Source: Armatimonadota bacterium
Lineage (GTDB): Bacteria > Armatimonadota > UBA5829 > DTLH01
DNA: 31,640 nt
Assembly (NCBI GenBank): GCA_039679675.1
Contig: JBDKUN010000038.1
Coordinates: 1-31,640 of the forward strand
Direction: 5' to 3'
A program made the position numbers and the translations under genes. The notes beneath the pieces were generated by a model that saw nothing but the letters and a program-made list of their open reading frames with translations, searched no databases and was not told where the DNA came from. Positions 19,171 through 28,569 of this stretch are shown here, in pieces. Numbering within the stretch: position 1 is the first letter of the stretch; each line of letters begins with the position of its first letter.

Positions 19171-21225
19171 TTGGTACAATCAGGCTGTACAACCTTTCGA
19201 AAGCCGGCAGTTATTTTGTTACTGCTGCTTTCAGTATTCGCCTTTTCGGCTGCCAGCTTCGCTGATCTATCAAGTGAAGAACGCAAGTCGATCGATTCAG
19301 CAATTGACGCGGTAAAACCTTCACTGGTACGCATCCATGTAGCTGATGTCGAGTATGATCAGGGCCGCGAGATCAAAAGCGAGTCAGTAGGCAGCGGCGC
19401 AATCATAAGCAAAGATGGTTATGTAGTTACCAACCACCATGTGGCGGGATGGGCGAAATGGATCGTCTGCACGATGTCCGACAAAGAGGAGATCGAAGCA
19501 GACCTTATCGGCACCGATCCATTGACCGATATTGCAGTGATCAAACTACGCCCGACATCCACGCACAGCGAATTCCCTGTGGCCAAGTGGGGAGACTCTG
19601 CAGCACTGAGAGTCGGTGATAGAGTTTTTGCTATGGGAAGCCCACTTGCTCTTTCTCAATCCGTCACTATGGGAATCGTGAGCAATACCGAGATGATTAT
19701 GCCGGACTTTTTCGGTAGCATGACCCTGGATGGTGAAGATGTCGGCTCGATGGTGCGTTGGATCGGTCATGACGCTACCATACAGCCAGGTAATTCGGGT
19801 GGTCCGCTGGTCAACAGCAAAGGTGAGATCGTTGGAATAAATGAGATCGGGCTGGGCAGCATGGCTGGAGCTATCCCATGCACTATCGCACGTCCGGTTG
19901 CAGAAGAGCTTATTAAGTCCGGCAAGATAAACCGCTCATGGCTTGGCATTAATATCCAGCCGCTTCTCAAGGGATCCGATCAAAAAAACGGTGTATTGGT
20001 CGGCGGTGTTTTGGATGGATCGCCTGCTGCATTAGCAGGCATGAAACCTGGCGATATTATCGTCCGCGTAGGTAATAATGACGTCAGAGTCCTTTTTGCC
20101 GAGGAGTTACCTCTTTTCAACCAGATGGTTGCTGCTTTGCCTGTAGATAAAGAAGTGGGCATTATTGTCCTCCGTGACGGGAAGGAACTTCCCCTAAAGT
20201 TAACTACCAAGTCCCGTCCTGAATCTTATCTAAAACCACGCGAGCTCAAGCAATGGGGTATGTGTGTAAACAACATTACCTTCGCTAAGGCACGTGAATG
20301 TAAGCGGCCAAACCAGGATGGAGCGCTTGTATGGAGTGTCCGTCCGGGGGGGCCATGCGGCGAAGCCAAACCCTCCGTTGAAGAGGAAGATATCATAATC
20401 GATGTGAACGGAAAGCCGGTAAAGAATATTCAAGATCTGGCTGATATTACCGCGGAGATTACCAAAGACAAGACTGAGCCTACGCCTGTACTTGTAACAT
20501 TCGACAGAGGGACCGAACGGCTGGTCACGGTCGTCAAAGTAGGGATCAAAAGTATTGAGGACCCTGGACGAGAGGTTCGTAAGGCGTATCTGCCAATCGG
20601 AATGCAGGTCATTACGAAAGATATTGCCGATGCGCTTGGTATAGGAGACCGCACGGGCGTCAGAGTCACACAGGTATACCCGAACTCATCTGCATCGAAG
20701 GCCGGTCTCAAGATCGGTGATTTGATTGTCGCTCTTGACGGCGAGGAAATCCCTGCAAGCCAGCCGGAGGATACTGAAGTCCTTCCTGCAATGATCCGCC
20801 AGTACAAAGTCGGAACCAACGCTGACCTGACGGTAATACGCGGCAAAGATGAAATGAAAGTCACTGTGCAGCTTGAAGAGTCCCCACCCCTTCCTCGTGA
20901 GATGAAGAAATACCGGGATGATAACTTCGAGTTTACAGTTCGCGACATAACGCAAAAAGACCGTATCCGCCAGAATCTTGAGAAAGATGTGATCGGTGTC
21001 TATGTTGACGAGATCAGCCAGGGTGGATGGGCTTCACTCGGACGGTTGTCCGTTGGCGACATCATCTGCGCAGTAGAAGGCAACAAGGTAAACAGCGTTG
21101 ACGATCTGCAAAAACAGATGGAACAGATCGCCGAGCGGAAGAATAAGCACGTTGTGCTTCAGGTCCGAAGAGGTATAGATGAGTTATTCGTCGAGCTTGA
21201 AACAGACTGGACTAATGGCAAGTAG
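19171..21225 (+). CDS. HtrA/DegP-family serine protease with four PDZ-like domains
   Basis: Signal peptide and intact triad TNHHV / DIAVIK / GNSGGPL. Four PDZ-like repeats (GSPAALAGMKPGD, GGPCGEA, NSSASKAGLKIGD, GGWASLGRLSVGD). Confidence 0.93.
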   Translation: MVQSGCTTFRKPAVILLLLLSVFAFSAASFADLSSEERKSIDSAIDAVKPSLVRIHVADVEYDQGREIKSESVGSGAIISKDGYVVTNHHVAGWAKWIVCTMSDKEEIEADLIGTDPLTDIAVIKLRPTSTHSEFPVAKWGDSAALRVGDRVFAMGSPLALSQSVTMGIVSNTEMIMPDFFGSMTLDGEDVGSMVRWIGHDATIQPGNSGGPLVNSKGEIVGINEIGLGSMAGAIPCTIARPVAEELIKSGKINRSWLGINIQPLLKGSDQKNGVLVGGVLDGSPAALAGMKPGDIIVRVGNNDVRVLFAEELPLFNQMVAALPVDKEVGIIVLRDGKELPLKLTTKSRPESYLKPRELKQWGMCVNNITFAKARECKRPNQDGALVWSVRPGGPCGEAKPSVEEEDIIIDVNGKPVKNIQDLADITAEITKDKTEPTPVLVTFDRGTERLVTVVKVGIKSIEDPGREVRKAYLPIGMQVITKDIADALGIGDRTGVRVTQVYPNSSASKAGLKIGDLIVALDGEEIPASQPEDTEVLPAMIRQYKVGTNADLTVIRGKDEMKVTVQLEESPPLPREMKKYRDDNFEFTVRDITQKDRIRQNLEKDVIGVYVDEISQGGWASLGRLSVGDIICAVEGNKVNSVDDLQKQMEQIAERKNKHVVLQVRRGIDELFVELETDWTNGK

Positions 21226-21247
21226 AACATCACATAAGGAGAATGCG

Positions 21248-22075
21248 ATGAAGAGCTGGATAACCCGGCGTATTGCAACCTGTATTACTATTCTGGCGTG
21301 TGTTTCGGCGCTGTCGACTTTTGCTTTCGCAGACGAAGCCTCGAACGGAAGGGCAATCTGTACCAAGTGGAACGAATCAATAGTAAGGGTTCAGATCGTT
21401 CTTAAATTAACTTCGTCCTATGGAGGAGAATCGAGAGACAGAGAGTATAAAATGGAAGTCGTAGGGACAGTAATCGACCCATCCGGCTTGACTCTCGTAT
21501 CCAAGTCCGACATCGAATACGAAGGCTATTATGATGATGAAGAAGGCAACGAGACTTCGCAGATTACAAGTGCAAAATTCCTTCTGGCTTCAGGCAAAGA
21601 AATTCCTGCAAAGGTCGTATTAAGGGATAAAGACCTTGATCTTGCGTTTCTTCGCCCTACTGAAAAACAACCGACTCTTTTTGCGTGCGTCGATATGAAA
21701 GACAGCGTAAAGGCAGATATACTCGATCAGGTAATTATCGTGTCCCGCCTTGGAAAGGTCGCCAACCGAGCTATATCCGCCTGTTTTGAGCGGATTGAAG
21801 CTGTAGTGGAAAAGCCGAGAAAGGTTTACTCAATCAGCCTTGCAGGAATAGGGTCGCAATACGGCTCACCCGTATTCACAATGGACGGCAAGTTGATCGG
21901 TATAGTGCTGACCAAGGAAATGCCGGGAAGTGGCGGCTATAACTATTATGAAGATAGCTCTATGCCGATTGTGCTGCCCGCAGAAGACATTCTGGCTGTT
22001 GCCGCACAGGCACCAGAGGATGCTCCTGCGGCTGATACCACTACATCCCCTGCAGTTCCAGCGAAAAAGGGATAA
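21248..22075 (+). CDS. Secreted trypsin-like protein, catalytically degenerate (paralog 1)
   Basis: AAGGAG SD precedes ATG 21248, then a signal peptide. GTVIDPSG, DLDLAFLR and GSPVF mark the trypsin-like fold; catalytic His and Ser are absent. Confidence 0.85.
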   Translation: MKSWITRRIATCITILACVSALSTFAFADEASNGRAICTKWNESIVRVQIVLKLTSSYGGESRDREYKMEVVGTVIDPSGLTLVSKSDIEYEGYYDDEEGNETSQITSAKFLLASGKEIPAKVVLRDKDLDLAFLRPTEKQPTLFACVDMKDSVKADILDQVIIVSRLGKVANRAISACFERIEAVVEKPRKVYSISLAGIGSQYGSPVFTMDGKLIGIVLTKEMPGSGGYNYYEDSSMPIVLPAEDILAVAAQAPEDAPAADTTTSPAVPAKKG

Positions 22076-22082
22076 TGACTAT

Positions 22083-23000
22083 ATGAAACTATGGAATCGC
22101 GCATATCTTCTGGCGCTTATCGTATTAATGCTGATTCTTGGACCGGCTGTTGTTTCGATCGCTGATGACACAGCTTCGGGAAGAGATATAGCCGCTAAAT
22201 ACGGCCCATCAATCGTCAAAGTGCAGATTATATTAAAGTTGACTGCATCGTATATGGGCTCAAGCGACAACCAGGAGCAAAAGATTGAAGTTACCGGCAC
22301 AGTGGTAGATCCGTCCGGCTTGACCGTAATATCAATGTCATCCACTGATCCTGCCGACATTATGCAATTAATGTATGGCGATACTGAGGAAATGCAGATC
22401 AAGTCCGAAGTAACGGATGTAAAAATCAGGCTTGCGGACGGCAAGGAACTGCCCGGAAAGATCGTTCTTAGGGACAAAGATCTCGACCTTGCGTTTATCC
22501 GGCCTGTCAATAAACCGAGTGAACCGCTGCCATATCTGGACATTACGAACAACTGTAAGTTGGACGTTCTGGACCAGACGGTTACGGTAACAAGGCTGGG
22601 AAAGGTTGCTAACCGGGTCATATCGGCTTCCATCGGACGTATACAAGCCTCTGTAGAAAAGCCGAGGAAGTTCTATACCATAGGGTTGAACTCGAACAGC
22701 AGCAGCAGCATTCTCGGCTCACCTGTTTTCTCGATGGACGGGAAAGTTCTCGGCATCGTGTTGCTTAGAGTGATGCAGGGACAAAGTAAAGAGAGCCTGA
22801 TGTCCGGCGGGATGAGAGAAAGCCCGGTTATCCCTGCAATAATACCTGCCGAAGACATAGCGCCGATAGCTGCGCAAGCTCCTGAGGATGCTCCAAAACC
22901 TGCCGTGAAGCCTGCCGATGCTAAAAAGCCTGCTTCAGCTCCCGCGAAGACTCCTGCCAAAGCTCCGGCAGCTTCGCATCCATCAAAACAAGCTAAATAA
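22083..23000 (+). CDS. Secreted trypsin-like protein, catalytically degenerate (paralog 2) with Pro/Ala/Lys-rich tail
   Basis: ATG 22083 begins signal peptide MKLWNRAYLL. Shares GTV.DPSGLT, VLRDKDLDLAF.RP, RLGKVANR and VEKPRK with paralog 1. Confidence 0.85.
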   Translation: MKLWNRAYLLALIVLMLILGPAVVSIADDTASGRDIAAKYGPSIVKVQIILKLTASYMGSSDNQEQKIEVTGTVVDPSGLTVISMSSTDPADIMQLMYGDTEEMQIKSEVTDVKIRLADGKELPGKIVLRDKDLDLAFIRPVNKPSEPLPYLDITNNCKLDVLDQTVTVTRLGKVANRVISASIGRIQASVEKPRKFYTIGLNSNSSSSILGSPVFSMDGKVLGIVLLRVMQGQSKESLMSGGMRESPVIPAIIPAEDIAPIAAQAPEDAPKPAVKPADAKKPASAPAKTPAKAPAASHPSKQAK

Positions 23001-23012
23001 GCTATTTTATTC

Positions 23013-23046
23013 GCAGTGCCGGGCTTATGTTCCGGCACTGCTCTTT
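23013..23046 (+). terminator. Intrinsic terminator after the protease operon
   Basis: GCAGTGCCGG...CCGGCACTGC followed by TCTTT. Confidence 0.75.
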
Positions 23047-23105
23047 ATATGTGTCTGCGCCCGATCTATTTCAGGGTAAGAATACTGCTGAAACGATAAA
23101 CTCTG

Positions 23106-24533
23106 GTGGACAAAGGGACGATAAAAGCAGTGCAAACCGGTACAGACAGTTCTTTGTGCAAATATATCGCCGATGAGCTTCTGAAAATGGGTGTTTGGAC
23201 CATTTCTGATGGAGAAGAACGCCCGGAGCGCAATTGGCGTGTTTCCCCTACTCCTTTCCCATTGGATAGCGGACTTATAGATATTCTCAAACGTCTCGGT
23301 CCGGCGATTTTATCGTTCTACAGCGCGGCTAACTCTCTCTACCTGAGAACTCTATACCCATGGGTGAATGAATACCTCGACCTTGGGAAGCCTGAAGCGA
23401 TAATCGAGCATTCTCACATGAACTATCAAAAGCGAAGGCTGCCGCAGATTATCAGACCGGATATTATCCTTACCGATGATGGCCCACGCATCACAGAACT
23501 CGACTCAGTTCCCGGCGGAATGGGGCAGCTGGATGCTATGTCGATGCTTTATGCCCGGCATGGCTTCGATATTTTCGGTTCGGCAAGAGGAATGCTTACC
23601 GGTTTCGCACAGATGATCAAATCGGTTTCTGCTATTGAGGACCCCGCGCTTGCCATAATGGTGTCGGACGAATCCGCATCTTACAGACCGGAGATGTCCT
23701 GGCTCGCTGCGGAATTAAACGAGATCGGGCTCAAGACGTGGATAGTCCGGCCTGAAGAAGTTGTTTTTACAGAAGGCGGGCTGTATATAGAGCAAAGCGG
23801 CAAAAATATCAGGCTCGACATCGTATACAGGTTTTTCGAGCTGTTCGATCTTAAGAACATCTCCAAGTCAGAGCTTCTTGCATATGCCGCAAAAAAGCGG
23901 CTTGTCATAGTAACTCCGCCGTATAAACACCATCTTGAGGAGAAGATGCTTCTCGCTCTTCTTCATCATCCGGTGCTTGAGGAATACTGGGCAGGTGCTC
24001 TTAGAAGTGATGATTACAATCTACTCAAGAAGTTGATACCGGTGACATGGATACTCGATCCGCGGCCTGTACCGCCTCATGCCGTAGTTGCCGGTTTCCG
24101 GTTCAAAGATAAGCCCATACAAGACTGGTCTGTTATAAAAGAAGGCACTCAAAAGGAGCGCAGGCTTATCATCAAGCCATCAGGCTTTTCACCGCTTGCA
24201 TGGGGAGGCCGGGGAGTCTCAGCCGGCCACGACATGTCTTCGATGGAGTGGAGCGCAGCCGTAGACCGGGCGCTAGATGGCTTCAATGAGCTTCCTTACG
24301 TTTTGCAGCATTTTCACGAGGGGAAAAGAGTTTTAGTCAAGTACTACAACAAGGAATTGGATACCGTAGTAGATATGCCGGGCAGGGTCCGGCTCACTCC
24401 TTATTATTATGCATTGGGAGACAACGCAGACCTTGCAGGCGTTCTTGCTACGGTAGTTTCACTTGATAAAAAATTAATACATGGGATGGTGGACGCAGTA
24501 ATGTCGCCCTGTATGGTCGAGGATAATGCTTGA
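23106..24533 (+). CDS. ATP-grasp ligase, glutathionylspermidine-synthase-like / circularly permuted type
   Basis: RPDIIL...ITELDSVPGG (R.D and E.x metal motifs), DIVYRFFE, EEKMLLALL, IIKP...WGGRGV, YVLQHF. Confidence 0.72.
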   Translation: MDKGTIKAVQTGTDSSLCKYIADELLKMGVWTISDGEERPERNWRVSPTPFPLDSGLIDILKRLGPAILSFYSAANSLYLRTLYPWVNEYLDLGKPEAIIEHSHMNYQKRRLPQIIRPDIILTDDGPRITELDSVPGGMGQLDAMSMLYARHGFDIFGSARGMLTGFAQMIKSVSAIEDPALAIMVSDESASYRPEMSWLAAELNEIGLKTWIVRPEEVVFTEGGLYIEQSGKNIRLDIVYRFFELFDLKNISKSELLAYAAKKRLVIVTPPYKHHLEEKMLLALLHHPVLEEYWAGALRSDDYNLLKKLIPVTWILDPRPVPPHAVVAGFRFKDKPIQDWSVIKEGTQKERRLIIKPSGFSPLAWGGRGVSAGHDMSSMEWSAAVDRALDGFNELPYVLQHFHEGKRVLVKYYNKELDTVVDMPGRVRLTPYYYALGDNADLAGVLATVVSLDKKLIHGMVDAVMSPCMVEDNA

Positions 24534-25473
24534 GAGAATATCGGATCATTTAAAAAACATCGCGGACATCGTGCCGGCAGTGGCAAAGCAATTTCTCCGA
24601 ACCAGGCAGGAGTCCGATATACGTATATTTGAGGAAGCGGACCCGCTCCATGAGGATGATTATGAAGTAGTTCGCGGGCTGATACATAAATACAACAACC
24701 GGGTATTGTGCCTGCTCACGCCTGAGTGCGCCGCGTACTGCCGGTTTTGCACCAGGCGAAGGAAGGTCTCCGATATCGAAAACGGCAGGATGGACGAAGA
24801 GGACATCGAACGTTGGACGGGATATCTGATCGCTCATCCAGAAGTGGAAGAAGTAATTCTCTCCGGCGGTGATCCGTTTGTTGCTCCTGTGGAAATCTTT
24901 CGCAGTGCTGTAAGACATATTACCGCTCTCCCGACAATCAAACTTATCAGAATAGGGACCAGAGTCCCTGTTTCAGCTCCAGAATATGTGACGGACGAGA
25001 AACTGGACATCATCCGTTCAGTCGAACAGCCTGTATACATCGGCATTCATTTTGAGCACCCTTTCGAGCTTACTAATGCAACGGTTGATGTTATCCAAAG
25101 GCTCAGGAAGGCAGGAGCGATATTATACAGCCAGACTGTCTTTCTTGCTGGTGTCAACGACGATTACGCCACGCTCTATGAACTCTTCTCCAGACTGGTC
25201 CAGAAGGGTGTACGTCCTTACTACATCTACAGATGCGATCCGGTAGCAGGCGCAGGACACTTCAGGACTGATTTTGAAAAAGAACGCGAGATAATGACCG
25301 AGCTCAGGAAAAACTTGAGCGGGCTTGCATGCCCTACATATGTCATCGATACCCCTCATGGCAGCGGGAAAATACCCGTACCTCTTGAGTTTTGGGATGC
25401 AGATTACAGCAGCTATAACGATTTTAACGGCGTAAAGCACTATTTAGAGGATCTTGAAGGTGAATCGGAATGA
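24526..25473 (+). CDS. KamA-family radical SAM / PLP 2,3-aminomutase (lysine-type)
   Basis: GLIHKYNNRVL, CAAYCRFCTR, LSGGDP, RIGTRVPV, QTVFLAGVND, RPYYIYRCD, VIDTPHGSGKIP (PLP Lys). Confidence 0.92.
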   Translation: MLERISDHLKNIADIVPAVAKQFLRTRQESDIRIFEEADPLHEDDYEVVRGLIHKYNNRVLCLLTPECAAYCRFCTRRRKVSDIENGRMDEEDIERWTGYLIAHPEVEEVILSGGDPFVAPVEIFRSAVRHITALPTIKLIRIGTRVPVSAPEYVTDEKLDIIRSVEQPVYIGIHFEHPFELTNATVDVIQRLRKAGAILYSQTVFLAGVNDDYATLYELFSRLVQKGVRPYYIYRCDPVAGAGHFRTDFEKEREIMTELRKNLSGLACPTYVIDTPHGSGKIPVPLEFWDADYSSYNDFNGVKHYLEDLEGESE

Positions 25474-25718
25474 TGAAGCTCTACCAGACCGAGTGGTGTC
25501 CATACTGCGCAAGAGTACGCTCCAAGATGACCGATCTCTGCCTTACTTACATAAATATAAACGTTCCCACCATAAAATCCGAACGTAAGGAACTGATCGA
25601 AGTATCAGGCCAGTCCGGCGTGCCCACACTCATCACCGAAGACGGCCAGGTGATCGCAGACGATGATGAAGCGATCAACGCCTACCTCGACGAACACTAT
25701 GGAAGAGGGCAGTGCTGA
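25470..25718 (+). CDS. Glutaredoxin / GST-N-like protein
   Basis: CPYC active site and SGQSGVP cis-Pro motif. ATGA overlap with the upstream gene. Confidence 0.9.
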   Translation: MMKLYQTEWCPYCARVRSKMTDLCLTYININVPTIKSERKELIEVSGQSGVPTLITEDGQVIADDDEAINAYLDEHYGRGQC

Positions 25719-25771
25719 AAGTTATGATGGGATACCTTCGTAATTCTTAAGGAGAATATGATAGTCTAGTT

Positions 25772-26152
25772 ATGGATACAGAAATTGCAAAACAAGCAGA
25801 AGAATGGCTGACGCAGATATATGACGACCTCGTTGAAAGTGGGGAATACAAAAAAAGTAATGAGGAGCTTATTATCAGGATTGCATGGGAAATCCGGTTA
25901 TATACTCCTGAATTACAGAAAGCAGTAATGATTGTACTTGATCAATGGCTGTCTGGCGAGGATAAATACCGTTCGGAAATTGCTTTGAGTCTTATTTTAA
26001 GCCTAAAAGCAACAGAGTTTATACCTAAATTGGAACAGCTTCGCGAAGACATATTGGCAGGGCGTCCGAATTTGCCAACGCCATGGGTTTCAACTGTCGA
26101 TAATATCTTAGGAGTTCTGAGAGAGGCTAAAAGAGAAGCAGATAAATACTGA
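25772..26152 (+). CDS. Hypothetical alpha-helical protein (126 aa)
   Basis: ATG-initiated ORF filling the intergenic space, with amphipathic helical patterning and no recognisable motif. Confidence 0.65.
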   Translation: MDTEIAKQAEEWLTQIYDDLVESGEYKKSNEELIIRIAWEIRLYTPELQKAVMIVLDQWLSGEDKYRSEIALSLILSLKATEFIPKLEQLREDILAGRPNLPTPWVSTVDNILGVLREAKREADKY

Positions 26153-26241
26153 TTGGTTGCAGCCTCCGGGCAATCATTACGCGAAGCACTAATCTCCATC
26201 GAACCATTTTATTCCTATTCCCTGTTCCCTCCTCACTAAAT

Positions 26242-26270
26242 TGTAACCATGTTCCCCTGCTTTACGTCAA
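26242..26270 (+). promoter_or_regulatory. Candidate ECF sigma promoter
   Basis: TGTAACC-N16-CGTCAA, about 45 nt upstream of ATG 26315, fits the AAC/CGT ECF consensus. Confidence 0.55.
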
Positions 26271-26314
26271 TACGTAAGTAAAATAATTGCTGCTTTTAGG
26301 AGGTAGATCAGCAA

Positions 26315-27211
26315 ATGTTTAGGAAAATGGCAGCGGTAGTTGTCGTACTGTCTCTTTTGTTAGCAGTAGCGGCATCTGCACAAGTAAAGCCTGTTTCCGG
26401 TAATCGAGGTGCTCAGTGGTGGCCAGGTGAACAGCCTGGGAAGAAGGCACCTAATGCTCAGAATAGCGTAATCGAGGGCACTGTCACAAAAGTCGATGCT
26501 AATTACATCACTCTTCAGACCAAACTGGGTGAGCTTGCGTTCACTGTCACCGATGAAACCAGGGTCATGGTAAGAGGTAATAAAGCGGTTATCACTGATG
26601 TTAAAACCGGTGATCCTGCTAGAATCGAGTTTACTCTTGCACAGGACAACTCCAGATTAGCGAGAGCCGTAGTCATTTCACAGCCGCGAATCAACGGGAA
26701 AATTACTACACTTACCGATAAAGGTTTTACGCTGACGAACATGGATACCAATAAAACCTGGAATATCTGGCTTACTGATAATACGAGGATTTTATCACAT
26801 GGCTACGCGGGAACCATCAACGATCTCCGGGTAGGTTATATGGCAGGTGTCCAAGGTGACGAGAATAATGATTCTATCAATGCAAAACGTGTAGAGTTCT
26901 CCCCTACAGTCATAAAGGGTGTTATAACACAGGTAAGCGGAGATCAAATACAGGTTGAGACGCTGAAAAAAGTGCTTGTCACCGTCAGTGTTGATAACGC
27001 TACAAGCATCTTGATCAGACCGAGGGTTGGCGCGAACATAAAAGGCTCATTCTCTGATCTGAAGCAAGGGATGCCTGTTAACCTCGGTGGTCATATTACA
27101 GGCGAAGCTACACTTAAGGCCCTGTGGATAGATGTTATAACCGGCGGATACGAAGGCGGCCAAAGCGGTCCAGTATCCGGTGCTGACTCAACAACCATCA
27201 AAAGACAATAA
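26315..27211 (+). CDS. Secreted DUF5666-like protein with three beta-barrel repeats
   Basis: AGGAGGT SD and signal peptide. Three repeats of G.[VI]T.........T.[VI]...DL..G. Confidence 0.75.
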   Translation: MFRKMAAVVVVLSLLLAVAASAQVKPVSGNRGAQWWPGEQPGKKAPNAQNSVIEGTVTKVDANYITLQTKLGELAFTVTDETRVMVRGNKAVITDVKTGDPARIEFTLAQDNSRLARAVVISQPRINGKITTLTDKGFTLTNMDTNKTWNIWLTDNTRILSHGYAGTINDLRVGYMAGVQGDENNDSINAKRVEFSPTVIKGVITQVSGDQIQVETLKKVLVTVSVDNATSILIRPRVGANIKGSFSDLKQGMPVNLGGHITGEATLKALWIDVITGGYEGGQSGPVSGADSTTIKRQ

Positions 27212-27255
27212 ACCACTGAACAGCATTTTTAGATAGGAGCTACCATTCCCCTACA

Positions 27256-27298
27256 GGATGTGGCCTGCAAAATTATTTTAAGGCCACATCCCTTTTTT
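27256..27298 (+). terminator. Intrinsic terminator between convergent genes
   Basis: GGATGTGGCCT...AGGCCACATCC followed by CTTTTTT. Confidence 0.8.
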
Positions 27299-27305
27299 CT
27301 TAATA

Positions 27306-28265
27306 TTACTGGCCCTTTTTCCCGCTATTACGTTTATATCCGCCTCTATATGCAAAACCGGGTTTTGACCGGCCATTCCACCACTGTGCGATTTCCTGCC
27401 GTATCTTGTCTTTGTTCCCTGCAAGGTATCGCGCTGCTGTCATTGCGGTTATCATATGTATCCTCGCGCGTTCTTTGCAGTTATATGCACGTCGGCCGGA
27501 TTGCCTGGTTTCAACCAAAATCGCCATGGTACCCCGCTTCTGTGAGTAATACCGGTGTGCCAGACGCGGAGGGGTCCTGTATCTAGCTGATTTTGCGGCC
27601 GCCTTGATCCCGTAAGTAAGCAGTTTAGCACTGATCAGTTTCTGCATCTCGACTGATTTCGAAATCAGTACCGGATCAGCACCGGAACGAATTCCGATAC
27701 ACTCGATAAAGTCCCGCTGGTGATCATTTTCATCCAGCTCATGCGCATCTATGATAAGATCCGGCTGCCATTTCCGTATTGCACCGGCTACAGCCCTCGT
27801 TTCAGGCTGCGATTGGGCCAACCAATCCCTGTTCAGGTCTGCTCCGTTTGCATTTCTGCGCTTGTTACGCAGGCTGCCATCAGGATTCATCATCGGCACT
27901 ATCAGTATAGTGACCTTTTTCAGCAGATCCTTGTCACAGTTATTCGTTTGGGAAAAGTAGGAGCGGATTACGCCAAGCATAGCTTCGGTAGATGCCGGCT
28001 CGTTGCCGTGCTGCCGGCATATCACGAACATTCGGGCAGTAGACTCAATCGGTACGTTGTGGTCGTGTATAATTACTAGAGGTATATGCTGTCCAAGGGA
28101 TGACCGACCTATCGAGACCGTCGATACAAATCCCCCTCCGAAGAAAAGCTTTACAGTGTCCATTTCAGCCAGCATTCTAAGCATTCGTGCATGGCTTGTT
28201 GCTGCATACGACGATGAAATAACGGCTATTGTAACAAGAGCCGCCATCGCTAGTCTTCTCATCAT
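27306..28265 (-). CDS. M14 zinc carboxypeptidase-family protein, secreted
   Basis: HGNE Zn motif, NPDG, RRNANGADLNRDW, DAHE and catalytic LVE. GGAAGGAG SD precedes ATG 28265 and a signal peptide. Confidence 0.9.
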   Translation of the reverse strand: MMRRLAMAALVTIAVISSSYAATSHARMLRMLAEMDTVKLFFGGGFVSTVSIGRSSLGQHIPLVIIHDHNVPIESTARMFVICRQHGNEPASTEAMLGVIRSYFSQTNNCDKDLLKKVTILIVPMMNPDGSLRNKRRNANGADLNRDWLAQSQPETRAVAGAIRKWQPDLIIDAHELDENDHQRDFIECIGIRSGADPVLISKSVEMQKLISAKLLTYGIKAAAKSARYRTPPRLAHRYYSQKRGTMAILVETRQSGRRAYNCKERARIHMITAMTAARYLAGNKDKIRQEIAQWWNGRSKPGFAYRGGYKRNSGKKGQ

Positions 28266-28331
28266 CAACTCCTTCCCTGCCGACATCAAATTCTGGGCTA
28301 TATTACCGTTCATACGAGCAAATACAAACAT

Positions 28332-28459
28332 TTACAGAGTTTTGACGGTTAATGTAACGGGCAAGCAATATCATTTCAGTCAAAACTCCTTCCGGGAGAG
28401 TTTCGAGTTTGAGCGTAAAGCCAACAGATACAGCATTATCAGTGACTTGCTATTTGTCC
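28332..28459 (-). repeat. Dispersed non-coding element, copy 2
   Basis: Its reverse complement aligns without gaps to 1-128. It ends 66 nt upstream of the M14 start codon, on the same strand. Confidence 0.93.
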
Positions 28460-28569
28460 GTAGGATTGTTACATCATTATTCGAAACTCTTTAAGGCAGA
28501 AAAAGGAACCAATTGTTGGGTAAAAGCGCACTATCTATTAAACGCCTGGCTGTTTTCTAGCGAGCTTGC

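Noticed and set aside
21930..22082. N-terminal extension of pseudo-protease 2 (and 21179-21247 for paralog 1)
   Set aside because: They overlap the upstream genes; signal peptides begin at ATG 22083 and 21248.
24526..25473. Calling the KamA protein epmB, ablA or kamA
   Set aside because: No efp/epmA, ablB or lysine-fermentation genes are adjacent, so only a family-level call is supported.
28003..28494. 163-aa plus-strand ORF covering the repeated element
   Set aside because: It is antisense to the M14 gene, and differences between the repeat copies show no third-position bias.
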